NCBI GenBank assembly: GCA_030390025.1
Contig: CM059433.1
Span: forward strand, 30,754,001 to 30,818,000
From: Squalus acanthias
Taxonomy: Eukaryota
Length of the DNA: 64,000 nucleotides
Direction: 5' to 3'
The notes below the pieces were generated by a model. That model was not told where the DNA came from and did no database searches. It saw nothing but the letters and a program-made list of their open reading frames with translations. Shown in pieces: positions 12,150 through 25,510 of this stretch. Position numbers and translations under genes: made by a program. Position 1 is the first letter of the stretch. Every line of letters begins with the position of its first letter.

Positions 12150-12960
12150 CTGGTATCGCAGCTGGATGAGTCGGTCATGGACAGCCCGGCCAGAAAGGGG
12201 CTGTCTGGGTTCCCTCCTTCCTTCCTCTTCCTCCTCCTCCTACTCCTCCTCCTCTTTTCTCTTCCTCCTTCTGAGCTGGTTGCCGTATAGCTGGTGGCAA
12301 AGGCTGTGCCCTCATGATGGCGAGGTTGTGCAGCATACAGCAGACCAACACAAATCTTGACACTCGCTCTGCTGAGTACTGCAGGGCTCCTCCAATGGCC
12401 TGCTTGATGATATTTTGTGTGGCAGCATGGCTTTCCTTGTATGAATGCTGCCCACGTGCATGGGTTGCACACCGGAGTCATGAGCCACATTGTTAACAGA
12501 TAACCCTTGTCACTCAGTAGCCACCCTCTGTTTTGTCGTGGTGGCTCAAATGCAGATGGGGCAGCGGACTGCCACAGAATGAAGGCATCATGAGTCCTGT
12601 CAGGATACCTGGCATTCACCTGCATGATTCACTGAGTATGGTTGCACACCAGCTGGACATTGAGGGAGTGGAATCCCTTCCGCTTGCGATAGATCTCAAA
12701 GTTTACATGCGGCACCCGCAAAGCGGCGTGCGTGCAGTCAATGGCACCCTGCACCATGGGGATGCCTGCAATCCCAGCGAAACTGTGTGCTCGCTCCGCC
12801 TGCTGCTCTTTGGCCAGAGAGAATGAAATGTATTCAGCTCCCTTGGAATACAGAGCCTTAGTTACCTCCCTTATGCAACAGTGTACGGCAAACTGGCAGA
12901 TGCTGCAAATATCTCCTGCTCCAGCCTGGAAGGAGCCCAACGCATAAAAGTTGATGGCCA
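12150..12960 (-). pseudogene. Harbinger (HARBI1-like) DDE transposase, C-terminal portion, frameshifted
   Basis: INFYALGSFQ…VQGAIDCTH…RKGFHSLNVQLVC; ARYPDRTHDAFIL…GWLLSDKGY; VCCMLHNLA. Confidence 0.92.
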
Positions 12961-13247
12961 CCTAGAGGGACAAGGGCAGCAGGCGCGTGGGAACACCACC
13001 ACCTCCAAGTACCGCTCCAAGTCACACACCATCCTGACTTGGAAGTATATCGCTGTTCCTTCATCGTCGCTGGGTCAAAATCCTGGAACTCCTTCCCGAA
13101 TAGCACTGTGGGAGTACCTTCACCACACGGACTGCAGCGCTTCAAGAAGGCAGCTCACCACCACCTTCTCAAGGGCAATTAGGGATGGGCAATAAATGCC
13201 GGCCTTGCCAGCGACACACACATCCCATGAACGAATAATAAAAAAAA
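12961..13247 (+). mobile_element. LINE family B, 3' end
   Basis: Matches the reverse complement of 1014-1262; A-rich tail. Confidence 0.85.
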
Positions 13248-13410
13248 TACAAGTTCTTTCTTATTATGCTGAATCATTTTTAACTTCTGATCAGTTAGAC
13301 TGCCTTAGGGACATTTGTTCCTTGTTGTAGAAAAGCTCACCTTATCTAATTTAGTTACTCTGATCGGCAAACTCCCATTTATTGTGAAATTCTCGTAAAA
13401 ATGGACACTG

Positions 13411-13684
13411 TAGGGTAAATCTTGAAAAGGCCCTGAGCTCCAGGATTGTCCTGGAGTCACCAGGAATGGAAGATGAATCTCCAGGACATTGCTGCAAGCA
13501 ACCCTGGAGAAATATCATAGGGGCATTAAAAAAAAACGCATATTTTTTTCATTCTCTTTGCTCATCAGTGATAAAAATATTGGAGATTAGGAAAAAAGAC
13601 CGATTGACTGGGCGGGGCAGTTGGAGGCAGGAGGTCATGTGACGAAACCTCCAGGAATACGTCCAACCAGAGTTGGTGACCCTA
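13411..13684. mobile_element. Probable hAT-type MITE remnant
   Basis: TAGGGT…GGTGACCCTA ends and internal ctccagga/tcctggag repeats; no clear TSD. Confidence 0.4.
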
Positions 13685-14679
13685 CTCGGGCAGGGCTTCT
13701 CACCCCTGATGACAGTCAGTCAACCAAACAGTCCAAAATCACAAAGGCATTGCTCACAACCTTCTGTCCATTAATTTCAACGGACCGAACATGGTGGGCA
13801 AGTGCGCCTGTGATTTTCCAATATGTGCTGGTTGCATGCGAGGCCCTTTACAAGGGTAACATTGTACCCTTATCTTTAACGTTTAAGCAAGCACGTTACA
13901 GCGAATCAAATGACATGAAAAGTAATCGGGGGGTTGGGGGGGGAGGGGGAAGAAAAAAACCGTTCAACCTGGAATATCAAAGCTCCAGCTTTCTATCTTC
14001 ACTTGTACAAGATGCATGTCACATTACGTGAAATATAAAACAGCAGTATAATTGTTTTGAAAGGGGCCACATTGGGAGTCTTATCTTTACCAACCTCCAT
14101 TACTACAAGTGTTCTATTATAGCAGGCATTTTTCTCAGTCCCAAAGGAACCTCTGATGTATTCATTCAAACAGCCCAAACCTCAATGACATGAACTGATA
14201 GAGAACAACGCTGTCCTTGTTCAGTTGTAACGAGGATTGACTGTACATATGGATATAGAATTTCTATGTTACATTGATGGACTCAGATAGATAACTGGCA
14301 CAAGGGACAACTGCTGTTACATGCATAGAATTACAGAGAATTTACAGCAGAGAAACAGGCCATTCTTCCCAACTGGTCTGTGCCGGTGTTTATGCTCTAC
14401 ACGAGCCTCCTCCCACCTTACTTCATCTAACCCTATCCACATAGCGCCAATCTGCTACAAACCCCGTCGACTCATTCAACACATGGCCAATCAGCTAACT
14501 TCCCTGCCTAAACATATAATATGTTGATGTCACTCACATTAACCATGTATGTATGACTCCTTTTATGTATACACTGATGTGTACACTGGCTGTAAGTTCA
14601 TTATTGCTTCAAAGCTAATCGCTAAAGGCAGCACAATCTATGGAGGAGCCAGGACTCATGTGTCTAGCATCCCAGATTT

Positions 14680-15160
14680 TTTTTTGTTCATTCACAGGAT
14701 GTGGGCGTCGCTGGCAAGGCTGGCATTTATTGCCCACCCCTAATTGGCCTTGAGAAGGTGGTGGTGAGCCGCCTTCTTAAACCGCTGCAGTCCGTGTGCT
14801 GAAGGTACTCCCACAGTGCTGCTAGGGAGGGAGTTTCAGTTTTTTGACTCACGAAAATGAAAGGAACGGCGAGATCTGACCAAGTCAGGATGGTGTGTGA
14901 CTTGAAGGGGAACCATGCACCTGCTGCCCTTATCCTTCTAGTTGGTGGAGGTCACGAGTTTGGGAGGTGCTGACGAAGAAGCGAGTTGTTGCAGTGCATC
15001 TTGTAGATGGTATACACTGCGGCCATGGTGCGCTGGTGGTGGGGGGAGTGAATGTTTAAGGTGGTGGATGGGGTGCTAATCAAGCGGGCTGCTTTGTCCT
15101 GGATGGTGTTGAGCTTCTTGAGTGTTGTTGGAGCTGCACTCATCCAGGCGAGTGGAGAGT
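14680..15160 (-). mobile_element. LINE family B, 3' fragment
   Basis: YSPLAWMSAAPTTLKKLNTIQDKA plus the shared 3' end. Confidence 0.88.
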
Positions 15161-15392
15161 ATCTCCACTTGCACTCATTCAGGCAAGAGAGATAGCATAT
15201 ACCCCCTGAGTGTACCTTTATGTTCGGGGGCAATTTTAACCTTACCTGCCTGACTGAAACCAGGCGGGCGGGCAGTTTAAATCCCGCCCAGGTAGTTCAC
15301 CCGCCGCAAAGCTGCCAGAAAAACCATCATTCCGAACCTTAACCTGCTCAACTGAGCAGGTGGGAAGAACACCTGCCCAAAGCCAGTGGGGT

Positions 15393-16560
15393 CATAGAAT
15401 CGTACAGCACAGAAGGAGGCCATTCAGCCCATTGTGCTGAAGCTAGCTCTCTGAAAAGCTATCCAATTAGTCCCACTCCCCCTGCTCTTTCCCATAGCCC
15501 TACAAATTTTTCCTTTTAAAGTAAATGGGGGAAAAATTCGGTTGTTTTGCGCCTCCCATTCTAACGGGGCGCAAAGCAACTAGCGTCCAGGTGCGGCGCC
15601 GCCAACGCCTCCCGCAAAATTCAGCGGGAGGTTAGCGGCGGCGCTAACCGTTAGCGCCCCGCGGCACTGCGCCGCCGGCGATGACGTCATCGCTGTGCGC
15701 AGCGCCCTGCTCGCGCCCCAGCCACGATCTTCGGTAGCGACCCCTGGCTTACCGCCGGATGCTATGTCCGACGGGGTCAGGGGGGCCTACCTGTGGCCGG
15801 AGCAGCACTATTTAAAGGCGAGGTGCCAGGCGGCCATTTTTGTTGCTGGCCGCCTGCCAGCACCTGCCTCCGCTGCCGTCCCCGGCCTTCTGACCCGCCA
15901 CCCCACGGAGTGCCGGCTGTGCTCCATGAGCCCGGCACTTCTCTTGAGTGCCGGGCTCTTTTGCCAGCACTCTGATCCCCGGTGGCCCAGCTGGGCCCCG
16001 GGTCACGCTGCGCAAGGCCCCTCCCCTTTAAGAAGGGGAGGAAGGCCTGCAATACTGCGGTGAGACGTGCCTCAGTGCATGCCGCTGCGGCACGTAGCGC
16101 CGCGATATTCCCTCGCAGCGCCCAAAGAAGGAAGCGGGGCACTTCCAGTATCGCCCCACTTCCCTCTTGGGGTGCTACCATTCAATTTCGGCTGCAGGGG
16201 GCGCTAATTTTTCCGGGGTGCTAAAAGTAGCGCCCCGGCAAAGTTAGCGCCCCAAAGGGGGCGCGACTCAATTTTCCCCCTATATCCAATTCCCTTTTGA
16301 AAGTTGTGATTGAATCTGCTTCCTGCACCCTTTCAGGCAGTGCATTCCAGATCATAACAACTTGGTGTGTAAAGACATTTCTCCTCATTTCCCCCTGGGT
16401 TGTTTTGGCAATTGTCTTAAATTTGTGTCCTCCAGTTACCGATCATCCTGCCAGTGGAAACAGTTTCTCCCTGTTTACTCCGTCAAAACCCCTCATAATT
16501 TTGAACACCTCTATTAAATCTCCCCATAATCTTCGCTGCTCTAAGGAGAACAACCCAGCT
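15393..16560 (-). mobile_element. CR1 3' fragment split by a MITE
   Basis: CR1 3' UTR at 15393-15526 continues at 16281-16560. Confidence 0.85.
15527..16280. mobile_element. GC-rich Harbinger-type MITE, family C
   Basis: TIR GGGGGAAAAATT / AATTTTCCCCC; repeated tagcgcc motifs; related ends at 39863 and 45121. Confidence 0.8.
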
Positions 16561-16898
16561 TCACTTAATATATGTCCTTCTTTACATATTCATGTTGGGT
16601 CTCAATTGTGTCATCAGGACCCGACATGCAATTTTAACTCAGGGCTGAGCGGGAAAGCTGATGTGGCTTTCCTGCCAGGTGAAGTCAACCGGAAGAGGAA
16701 CCAGAGTGAGAAGAGGTCCAAACAGATATTTTTACACACTTTCCTTGTAGGGTCAGGAGGATCAGCAGTGCTTTTGCAGGACCTGCAAGGAAAGCTTAGG
16801 CCACAGTTGGGTGTTCAGCCGGCGGGATTTAAATGAAGCCTGGGAGTTAAAAATAGCCCGGGCCTCATTTCTGGTGAAGCGAGTGAGATTCCAACTCA

Positions 16899-17156
<258 letters not shown>

Positions 17157-17204
17157 TCAAGAAGTTACTGTCCAAATATTGCACTGTACGGTGCACTGAC
17201 AGTA

Positions 17205-17640
17205 CGCTGTAGAGGCTATAAGGGTTAAATTATAAGGACAGGCTTGTATTCCCTTGAAGATAGAAGATTAAGGGGGTGATCTAATTGAGGTTTTAAGATG
17301 ATTAAACGATTTGATAGGGTAGATAGAGAGACACTATTTCCTCTGGTGGGGGAGTCCAGAACAAGGGGGCGTAACCTTAAAATTAGAGCCAGGCCGTTCA
17401 GGGATGATGTTAGGAAGCACTTCTTCACACAAAGGGTAGTGAAAATCTGGAACTCTCTCCCCCAAAAAGCTGTTGTGGCTCGGGGTCAATTGAAAATTTC
17501 AAAACTGAGATTAATAGATTTTTGTTAGGCAAGGGTATTAAGTTTTACGGAACCAATGGAGTTAAGATACAGATCAGCCATGATCTAATTGCATGGTGGA
17601 ACAGGCTTAAGGGGCTTAATGGCCTATTCCTGTTCCTATA
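17205..17640 (+). mobile_element. CR1 3' fragment
   Basis: ORF 17298-17528 (LFPLVGESRTRG…FFTQRVVKIWNSLP). Confidence 0.9.
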
Positions 17641-17859
17641 TATTGGGCATGTGGCAATCCCCAGGAGATAATGGCCCTACTATAGAGCTTTGGAAGATCT
17701 TTGTCATATTTTGTTAAACCTCTAGAAAGAATTATTATTTCAAATGGCTGTTGTTCCCATCCCAAAGGCTTGCTTCTCAAGTAGGAGCTGACTATAATTT
17801 CTGATGTGTGCCCCATTTCATGGTTCCCTGATTATCTGCTCAATCATCTGATGCTTTGG

Positions 17860-18300
17860 TTGGGTAGGTTGCTCTCATCAGAGCAGCTGGGATTTATAAA
17901 GGGCCAGAAGGGTGAGAGCACCATAGGAAGAATCGCTCATTTGATTCAGCGCACTGAAAGGCATCAGGTTCAAACTTGTATTATTTCCTTCGGTATCGGG
18001 AAAAAGCTTTCACTGGCTTTGAATTACATTTTGCCTTTGAAGTTCTGGAGTGAGTGAATTTGGGGTTTAGTTTCTGAAGTGGATTAGAGTTCTCTTGATG
18101 GATTCTGAAGCTCATGTTATTGACAACAGTGACTTGGCCAGTAGCTATTCCATCTGCTGCAGATAGACACAAGGATGTCCTCCTTTCTCCTTTTAATTGT
18201 GCTGCCTTTGTTCATTCTAGTGAAGGATTTAAAGGGCTTCAGGTGGCTGGTTCTGAAATAAAATCAATCTTACAACGCCCGAAGTTCCTTATTTTTGGTT
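17860..18300 (+). mobile_element. Ancient L1/Tx1-like reverse transcriptase remnant
   Basis: LLSSEQLGFIKGQKG…IAHLI…CIISFGIGKK resembles the L1/Tx1 RT segment 'DQxGFIxGR…SLDxEKAF'. Confidence 0.55.
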
Positions 18301-18751
18301 GATGATTTTCAGAACCTTTGTGACCCTTCCTTTGGTTTCCAGCTGGTGTACATTAGAAGGATACAGCCAGGAAAAGTGTTATCAAAGCACACTACCTCAC
18401 TCTATTAACTTAGAAATCTAAGCCTTTATACCTGTGAAGAGCAATGACAACGTAAGGTCAGGTCACCCTCTGGGTTATACTGGTCCGAACAAGTGGCAAA
18501 ACTGGTCGGAAAAGCTGATGGAAAAGTAGGAGCCTTTAAGGAGGTTTGGCACTACTTGTTACTCTTCCAAGCTGCACAGAGTCAACTCTTACCCAGTGAT
18601 GAAATGGAATTCCCCTGTTTTTCACTGAAAATCCAATACCTGCTCTTTGTCTAAGTCAAAAGCCATTTAAGAAAGGATTATATTGCACTGAGTTGCATCA
18701 TATATTCCCTAAATATTATAAAGAGAGATACCTCTGTGATTCCGTGAGAGC

Positions 18752-19222
18752 TGGCTGTGGCTCAGTTGATAGCAATCTTGCCTCTGAGTCAGAAGGTTGT
18801 GGCTTCAAGCCTCAATCGAGCGACATGACCCCAATATCTAGGCTGACGCTTCAGTGATGCTGACTGAGGGAGTACTGCACTGTCAGAAGTGTTGCCTTTC
18901 GGATGAGATGTTAAACTGAGGCCCTGTCCGCCCTCTCAGGCGGATGTAAAAGATCCCATAGCACTATTTCAAAGAAGGACAGGGGAGTTCTCCCCAGTGT
19001 CCTGGCCAATGTTTATCCTTCAACCAACATCTCAAAAAAAACAGATTATTTTGACATTTATTTCATTGCTCTTTATGGGAGCTTACTGTGCACAAATTGG
19101 CTGCTGCGTTTCCTACATTAAAACAGTGACGACACTTCAAAAGTAGTTCTTTGGCTGTAAAGCACTTTGGGACATCCTAAGGTTGTGAAAGTTGCTAAAT
19201 AAATGCAGGTTCGTTCTTTCTT
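18752..19222 (+). mobile_element. Full-length DeuSINE (SacSINE1-like)
   Basis: tRNA head, conserved central domain, L2-like tail. Confidence 0.85.
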
Positions 19223-19284
19223 TCCTAATTTCACCCAGTTATCTCTTGTATTATGATCTGGAAACAAAGGGGCTTTTTTGTTAG

Positions 19285-19612
19285 ATTTAATAGGGAGAAA
19301 CGGTTTCCACTGGCAGGAGGGTCGATAACCAGAGGACACAGGTTTAAGATAATTGTCAAAAAAAAACAGAGGGGAGATGAGGAGAAATGTTATTATGCAG
19401 CGAGTTGTTGTGGTCTGGAATGCACTGCCTGAAAGGGCGATGGAGGCAAATTCAATAATAACTATCAAAAGGAAATTGGATAAATACTTAAAAAGGAAAA
19501 AATTACAGTGCAATGGGGAAAGAGCAGGGGGAGTGGGACTAATTTGATAGTTCTTTAAAGAGCCAACACAGGCACGATGGGCTGAATGGCCTCCTTCTGA
19601 GCTCTATGATTT
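19285..19612 (+). mobile_element. CR1 3' fragment
   Basis: QRVVVVWNALPERAMEA…; gggctgaatggcctccttctg end. Confidence 0.88.
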
Positions 19613-19779
19613 AATGTTTTGAAGATAACTTCAAAACTACAGTTTTAATGCAGGTGTCTTTTTTTTTAAATTACATGCATGCACCCAAATTCCTGATATG
19701 AGCTCCCATCGTGTAAAGCTCTGTACCAGGAGCACTGAGCATGGAATTAATGCACAGGCACATTTATTTTTGGTCCTCC

Positions 19780-20440
19780 AAGTCTTTTGCCCTGTTCTCT
19801 TCAAGCTGCTGGTTCATATCCTGGCTGATGTTCCAATGGTGCCCACTGGTACCTCATGCAGGTGGTCATTCTTCATAGGCGAATCTAGACACTACATGCC
19901 TAGGTGAGAATGAAAGCCATATGTTTTAACAGAACAGGAATAACCAAGCACACACTTTGTAGGTAGGGCACTCCTTATATATGTGGGAGTGTGCAATATC
20001 CCCCGTGTCACACCATCGCAAACCAAAATCCGAAAGGGACATGGTTCCTAACGGCATATGTGCTTCTGGCAAAGGTCTACATGGGGGTATTGCTATCCTG
20101 AGAGGCATGAAGCATATCTAGAAAGATGTATTGTTTTTGGAATAATCTCTGAAGTTAACACCCTCTTGATACTGTTCTAGAGCAGTAAGCATTTAGAGGG
20201 TGAATCCGATCCTCTCCTGACTTGGTATCCACATCCACGCGCTTTCCTGCAGGGGTCACTGGATAGAAAGCGGGAGGGAGAACTCCGATGAATTTATTTT
20301 CCCTCTCCAGTCCAAAGCACGGACACCATTGCAGCACTCCAAGCGCATCTCTGGCTGAGGTTAGTATAGAGTGGGGATTGAATACAATAGCTTCCTAGCT
20401 TGAATGGCTCAGTACTATACAGGGAAGAGAATGCACTCAC
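19780..20440 (-). mobile_element. Old tRNA-derived SINE 'family X', fragmented
   Basis: Shares gcaggggtcactggata…ggagcggga and tail motifs with 24245-24480, 37520-38400 and 61100-63530. Confidence 0.5.
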
Positions 20441-20569
20441 TGAGTCATGTAGTTTTAATGGTGTTTGCTTATTGGAAGCGACTGGATAGCAGGAACAACT
20501 TGGAGATTGTTAACTGCTGAAAAAGGAAGGAAGGGAGGGAGGAAGGAAGGAAGGAAAAGAGGGAAAAAA

Positions 20570-21182
20570 AGAAAGAACTTGCATTTATATAGCGTCTTTC
20601 ATGACCTCAGGACGTCCCAAAATGCTTTACAGCTAATGAAGTAATTTGAAGTGTAGTCACTGTTGTAATGTAGGAAACACGGCAGCCAATTTGCGCACAG
20701 CAAGGTCCAACAAACATTTTTTTTTGTAATATTGGTTGAAGGATAAATACCGACCAGGGCAAGGGCAGCAGGCATATGCCAACACCATCACCTGCAAGTT
20801 TCCCTCCAAGTTACACACCATCCTGACTTGGAAGTATATCGCCGATCCTTCATCGTCGCTGGGTCAAAATCCTGGAACTCCCTCCGCAACAGCACTGTGG
20901 GAGTACCTTCACCACAACGACTGCAGTGGTTCAAGAAGGCGGCTCACCACCACCTTCTCAAGGGCAATTGGGGATGGGCAATAAATGCTGGCCTTGCCAG
21001 CGATGCCCGCAACCCATGAACAAATTAAAAAAAAAGGACACCGGGGAGAACTCCTCTGCTCTTCTTCCAATAGTGCCACGGGATTGTTTATGTCCACCCG
21101 AGAGGGCAGACGGGGCCTCGATTTAACATCTCATCGGAAACACAGCACCTCCAACAGTGCAGCACCCCCACAGTACTGCACT
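20570..21182 (-). mobile_element. DeuSINE interrupted by a LINE family B 3' end (20755-21035, +)
   Basis: Collinear SINE halves flank a LINE B tail. Confidence 0.85.
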
Positions 21183-22386
21183 AAAAAACTTGTAAAACAT
21201 ATGAGGAATGAAAAAAGCCTGGCATATAGGAGAATGGCGAGCAAGTCTGAGTATTGAAATTCGCTTAACAAAATAAATATGGCCTCTCTACAAAAACATA
21301 TGATCTACTGAGAGAACGTTCTTTAAAATTAACGGTTATTGACATTTAAAGCATTTGATTTTTAGGGCCTGAGTACCTTAAGGAATGATTTAAATGGCAG
21401 TTTCTAATATTCATTTTATGACCCAAAAATTATATTTCTGATGACTAACATGTAATTTATAATATCTTTCACCTCTGGATAATTGAGGCTCTGTATCAGT
21501 TATAAATCAAGGTGAAAATCCTTTATTTGTACAGCCACCATTAATTACTGAAAGAACCGTTTGAATATTCTTGGATCCTAAAGGCAATTTCTATTTACCT
21601 TAATCACATTTCTTGGCCAAATATGCATTTTATTTTTCCGCCTCTTGAATATAAATCTAGTTTACTGCCTGTTTTTCACTGTGTCAGGCCCATTTGCTCA
21701 AATTTATATTTGGACAGCTATACATTATTGAAGAGGTGCAAGGAGACACAGGCTAAATGTCACTGAAGGGTTGAAATATGGCTTCGTCGCTGGATATATA
21801 TGGCAAACAGTTTTGCTTTAATCATCAGCCAGCACAAGGTGTCCTGACATTAGGAATGTACATTTTAACATTTAACTCCCCTTCTGATTGCGCCTCTATT
21901 ATCCCAGCGCCCATTCTTCAGCAGAACTGCGACAGATACTTTACCTTGGTAAATTAAAAAAAAATTGAAATATCGATCAACTTGATTTTTATATCAACGT
22001 TTACAGAATTTCCAGGTAGTTCCTTATATCCTTCACAGTCAGTGGGTATAAATATAGAGCGAAGGAAATGTTAAACTATCGCATTTCCGATTGTATCAGG
22101 TAACAAGCCCCATTAATACAGTCAGTTGATTTTTATTATAAAGATATATACAGGTATATATATATATATTGTAACAGAATGAGAGAGGAACGATATGTGA
22201 GCCATAGGCTTTTGGGCACTCTGTATCCGCTATAGAGGTACAGCTTAAAGAAATTGTATAGAATGTCAGAATGAATAAGGAAAGGCGGTGTAGCTTTAAG
22301 AAATCTTTAAAGGCAATTAAGGTCAATCAGGAACGATTCCTAACCTGGAAGGATAAAAGGCAGGGAAATGGTTCCATTGGAGGTGA

Positions 22387-22456
22387 GTGCGGTGCGGTGC
22401 GGTGCGGTGCGGTGCGGTGCGGTGCGGTGCGGTGCGGTGCGGTGCGGTGCGGTGCG
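22387..22456. repeat. (GTGCG)14 pentanucleotide microsatellite
   Basis: Perfect tandem array. Confidence 0.97.
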
Positions 22457-22899
22457 TAATCCTTGGTACGGTCTTGGTTTTTCTCTCAGCATTTAAAGAC
22501 ACAACCGCTGTGGGAGACTAAACCTTACTTGTTTTGAACATTAAGCACTAGTCTGCATGTCTAATTGACCACTGCATCCTGGACCTGTTTCAGCATGCTA
22601 CAATATTCATAGCGGTAGAGTTTCCGCTCAGTTGCGCTGTTTTTTTGGCCGCAATTCGCCTGAAATCGGTGTAACTGCCGCAAAAGGTCACGTAATTTTA
22701 AGTGCCAATTATGTTCAACGCAACTCGAGTTTCAGTGATCTGTTGCGCTAGTTTAAAAAAATATCATGCTGGAAGCTGGCCCCGCCCACAAAACTGGCCA
22801 CGCCCCCAGGAGGGAGGACGGGAGGGAGGGAGGAAGCCAGTCATGTGACTTTTGAATTGTTTCCTTGGAATTTCCCAGCAACGCAAAAAAATAATCAAA

Positions 22900-23337
22900 C
22901 CAGGGAAGAGGGACTTCAGTTATGTGGAGAGACTGGAGAAGCTGGGATTATTCTCCTGAGAACAGAGAAGGTTAAGCAGAGATTTAATAGAGGTGTTCAA
23001 AATTATGAAGGGGCTTTGATTGAGTAAATAGGGAGAAACTGTTTCCACTGACAGGAGGGTCGTAAACCATAGGATTTAAGGTAATTGGAAAAAGAACCAG
23101 AGGGGAAATGAGGAGAATTTTTTTACGCAGTGTTGTGATTTGGAATGCACTGCCTGAAAGGGTGGTGGAAGCAGGTTTAATAGTAACTTTCAAAAGGCTA
23201 AATACTTGAAGGGGAAGAAAATTGCAGGGCTACGGGGAAAGAGCAGGGGAGTGGGACTAATTGGATAGCTCCTTCAAAGAGCCGGCATAGGCACGATTGG
23301 CTGAATGGCCTCCTTCTGTGCTGTATGAGTCTATGAA
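22900..23337 (+). mobile_element. CR1 3' fragment
   Basis: CR1 ORF2 end and 3' UTR. Confidence 0.88.
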
Positions 23338-24027
23338 TAAGGTTTGTGGGACAGCAGACCTCACAAGGAAAAAGCTCGCCAAAATAATCGGCATTACCGA
23401 AGTAAAATGACACGTCAACTTCGTGTCGCCATTCATGAAGAGGCTTTATCAGGTCCAGAGGTTTTATCTCTTGCTGTGTGTGCGTGGGTTGTTAATGGGT
23501 GAGTAACAGTGCAGTTAGTAGAACAAAGGAGAACAAATGTCATTACAGACCATCGATGTGTTCCTCTGATGGAAAGAGCAAAGCTTCCTTCAAGCAAGAC
23601 AGCACCAACAGAAATTTAGGTTCTGATATTTACCAAGGCGCGTGTTCGGAGCGGGAGGGTGGGGCGGTGGAGGGGAAATGTGGCGTTATGGACAGGAAAC
23701 CCAGAGGTACATTTCTTTCTCTAGGTTTCCCACCCAACAGCCAGCCCGATTGACATGCTGCCTGTCTGTCGGGTGGGATAGCCTGCAGCTGAAGGATGCA
23801 GCGGAGAAGCAGGTAGGTCTCGTGGTGGTGGGGGGGGGGGTGGGGAGTGCAGAGATTGTGGGGGGGTAGAGATCGCGGGGGGATAGAGCGTGGTCAGGGC
23901 TTGGCCCAAATCCACCCACTTTGGGGGTTAAAATTACCTCCTCAATGTCACACAAATGAGATTGGGTATGATTCAACACAGGCTGGATGCTGTCCAGTAT
24001 CCTACCCCCAATGAGCCTTATTCACCT

Positions 24028-24243
24028 GCATAGAATGTACAGCACAGAAACAGGCCATTCGGCCCAACTCGCCTATGCTGATGTTTATGCTCCACACGAG
24101 CCTCCTCCCACCCCTCTTCATCTCACCCTATCAGCATAACCTTCTATTCCTTTCTCCCATGTACTTATCTAGCTTCCACTTAAATGCTATTCGCCTCAAC
24201 TACTCCTTATGGTAGCGCGTTCCACTCTCTGAGTAAAGAATGT
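24028..24243 (-). mobile_element. CR1 3' fragment
   Basis: catagaatgtacagcacagaaacaggccattcggccc end. Confidence 0.85.
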
Positions 24244-24664
24244 TACCTGGCCATTCTATGATGGAGCGTCATAGCCGAGCCTGAGTCAATCCTCACTTCC
24301 AGCAGAGGTCGCTGGATAACAGTCAGGAGCGGGAAACCCCTTTCACTCTCCAACTTGAAGGTGCTGAGGCCAATGGGAGCACCACAACCATTGCCCCAGC
24401 AGAGCTCAGCTAATTCACCACCGCCTGAGAGCATGGCAAAGACCGTCCGATTCTGTATGGTTGTGCTACTCACTGGAAAAACTCAGCCAAGCCATCAGAG
24501 AAGCCAGAAGGAAGCATTTACTAGAGATCCTATATGTTTGCTTCAATGTGGGGCACCCATTGTCTAGCACTGCTTCTTGTCCCTATACAGGCATGTTGGA
24601 ATGATTCACCATTCGAACTTCAACATCTGTTGTGCAATATCCAAATGATACAGAAACTCCGTGC

Positions 24665-24985
24665 CAATTGAGCATTTCCCAAACCCGCGACCTCTGCCAC
24701 CTAGAAGGACCAGGGCAGCAGGCACATGGGAACACCATCACCTCCAAGCTCCCCTCCAAGTTACACACCGTCCTGACTTGGAAATATATCGCCGTTCCTT
24801 CATCGTCGCTGGGCCAAAATCCTGGAACTCCCTTCCTAACAGCGCTGTGGGAGTACCTTCACCTCACAGACTGCAGCGGTTCAAGGCACTGGCTCACCAC
24901 CACCTATTTAAGGGCAATTAGGGATGCACAATAAATGCTGGCCTTGCTAGCGACACCTGCATCCCATGAACAAATATTTAAAAAA
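24665..24985 (+). mobile_element. LINE family B, 3' end
   Basis: HFPNPRPLPPRRTRAAG…WNSLP; shared tail. Confidence 0.87.
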
Positions 24986-25130
24986 TTACAGGGAAAAAAA
25001 GTGTTTTCCAGAGAATGATACTTTCCCTAAATGATGAACTCATACTGCCTAACCTTAATCCATCTGCGGGGCCAGATTTAGCTTTCAAATGTCCTGCACT
25101 AATTTTGCATCAGCCTTGGCTCATGTGTCA

Positions 25131-25510
25131 ATCTTGGCTCAGTAGATAGCCCTTTCACCTCTGAGTCAGAAGGTCATGGGTTCTAAGTCCCATTCCAGGA
25201 CTTGAGCACATAATCTAGGCTGACTCTCCAGTGCAGTACTGAGGGAGTGCTGCATTGTCGGAAGTGCTGTTTTTTTAGATGAGGCGCTGAACCGAGGCCT
25301 TATCTTCCCTCCCAGGTAGGCATAAAGATTCCAAGGCACTATTTGGAACAGTGGAGTTACCCGAGCCAATATTTAGCCCTCACCCAACACCACCAAAACA
25401 GATTATCTGGTCTTTTATCCCCTTGCTGTTTGTGGGACCTTGCTGTGCTTCCTTATAACTACAACAGTGACTACACTTCAAAAGTACTTCATTGGCTGTA
25501 AAGCTCTTTG
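25131..25510 (+). mobile_element. DeuSINE
   Basis: Matches 18752-19222. Confidence 0.85.

Larger units (their letters stand above)
9910..12960. mobile_element. Decayed, formerly autonomous PIF/Harbinger transposon, truncated on the right by a LINE
   Basis: Convergent Myb/SANT gene (+) and DDE transposase (-); left end GGGGCTAAATT resembles the local MITE TIRs. Confidence 0.9.

Noticed and set aside
18752..18830. tRNA gene (also the similar heads at 25131, 31887 and 59341)
   Set aside because: tRNA-derived SINE heads that run on into SINE bodies; no complete cloverleaf
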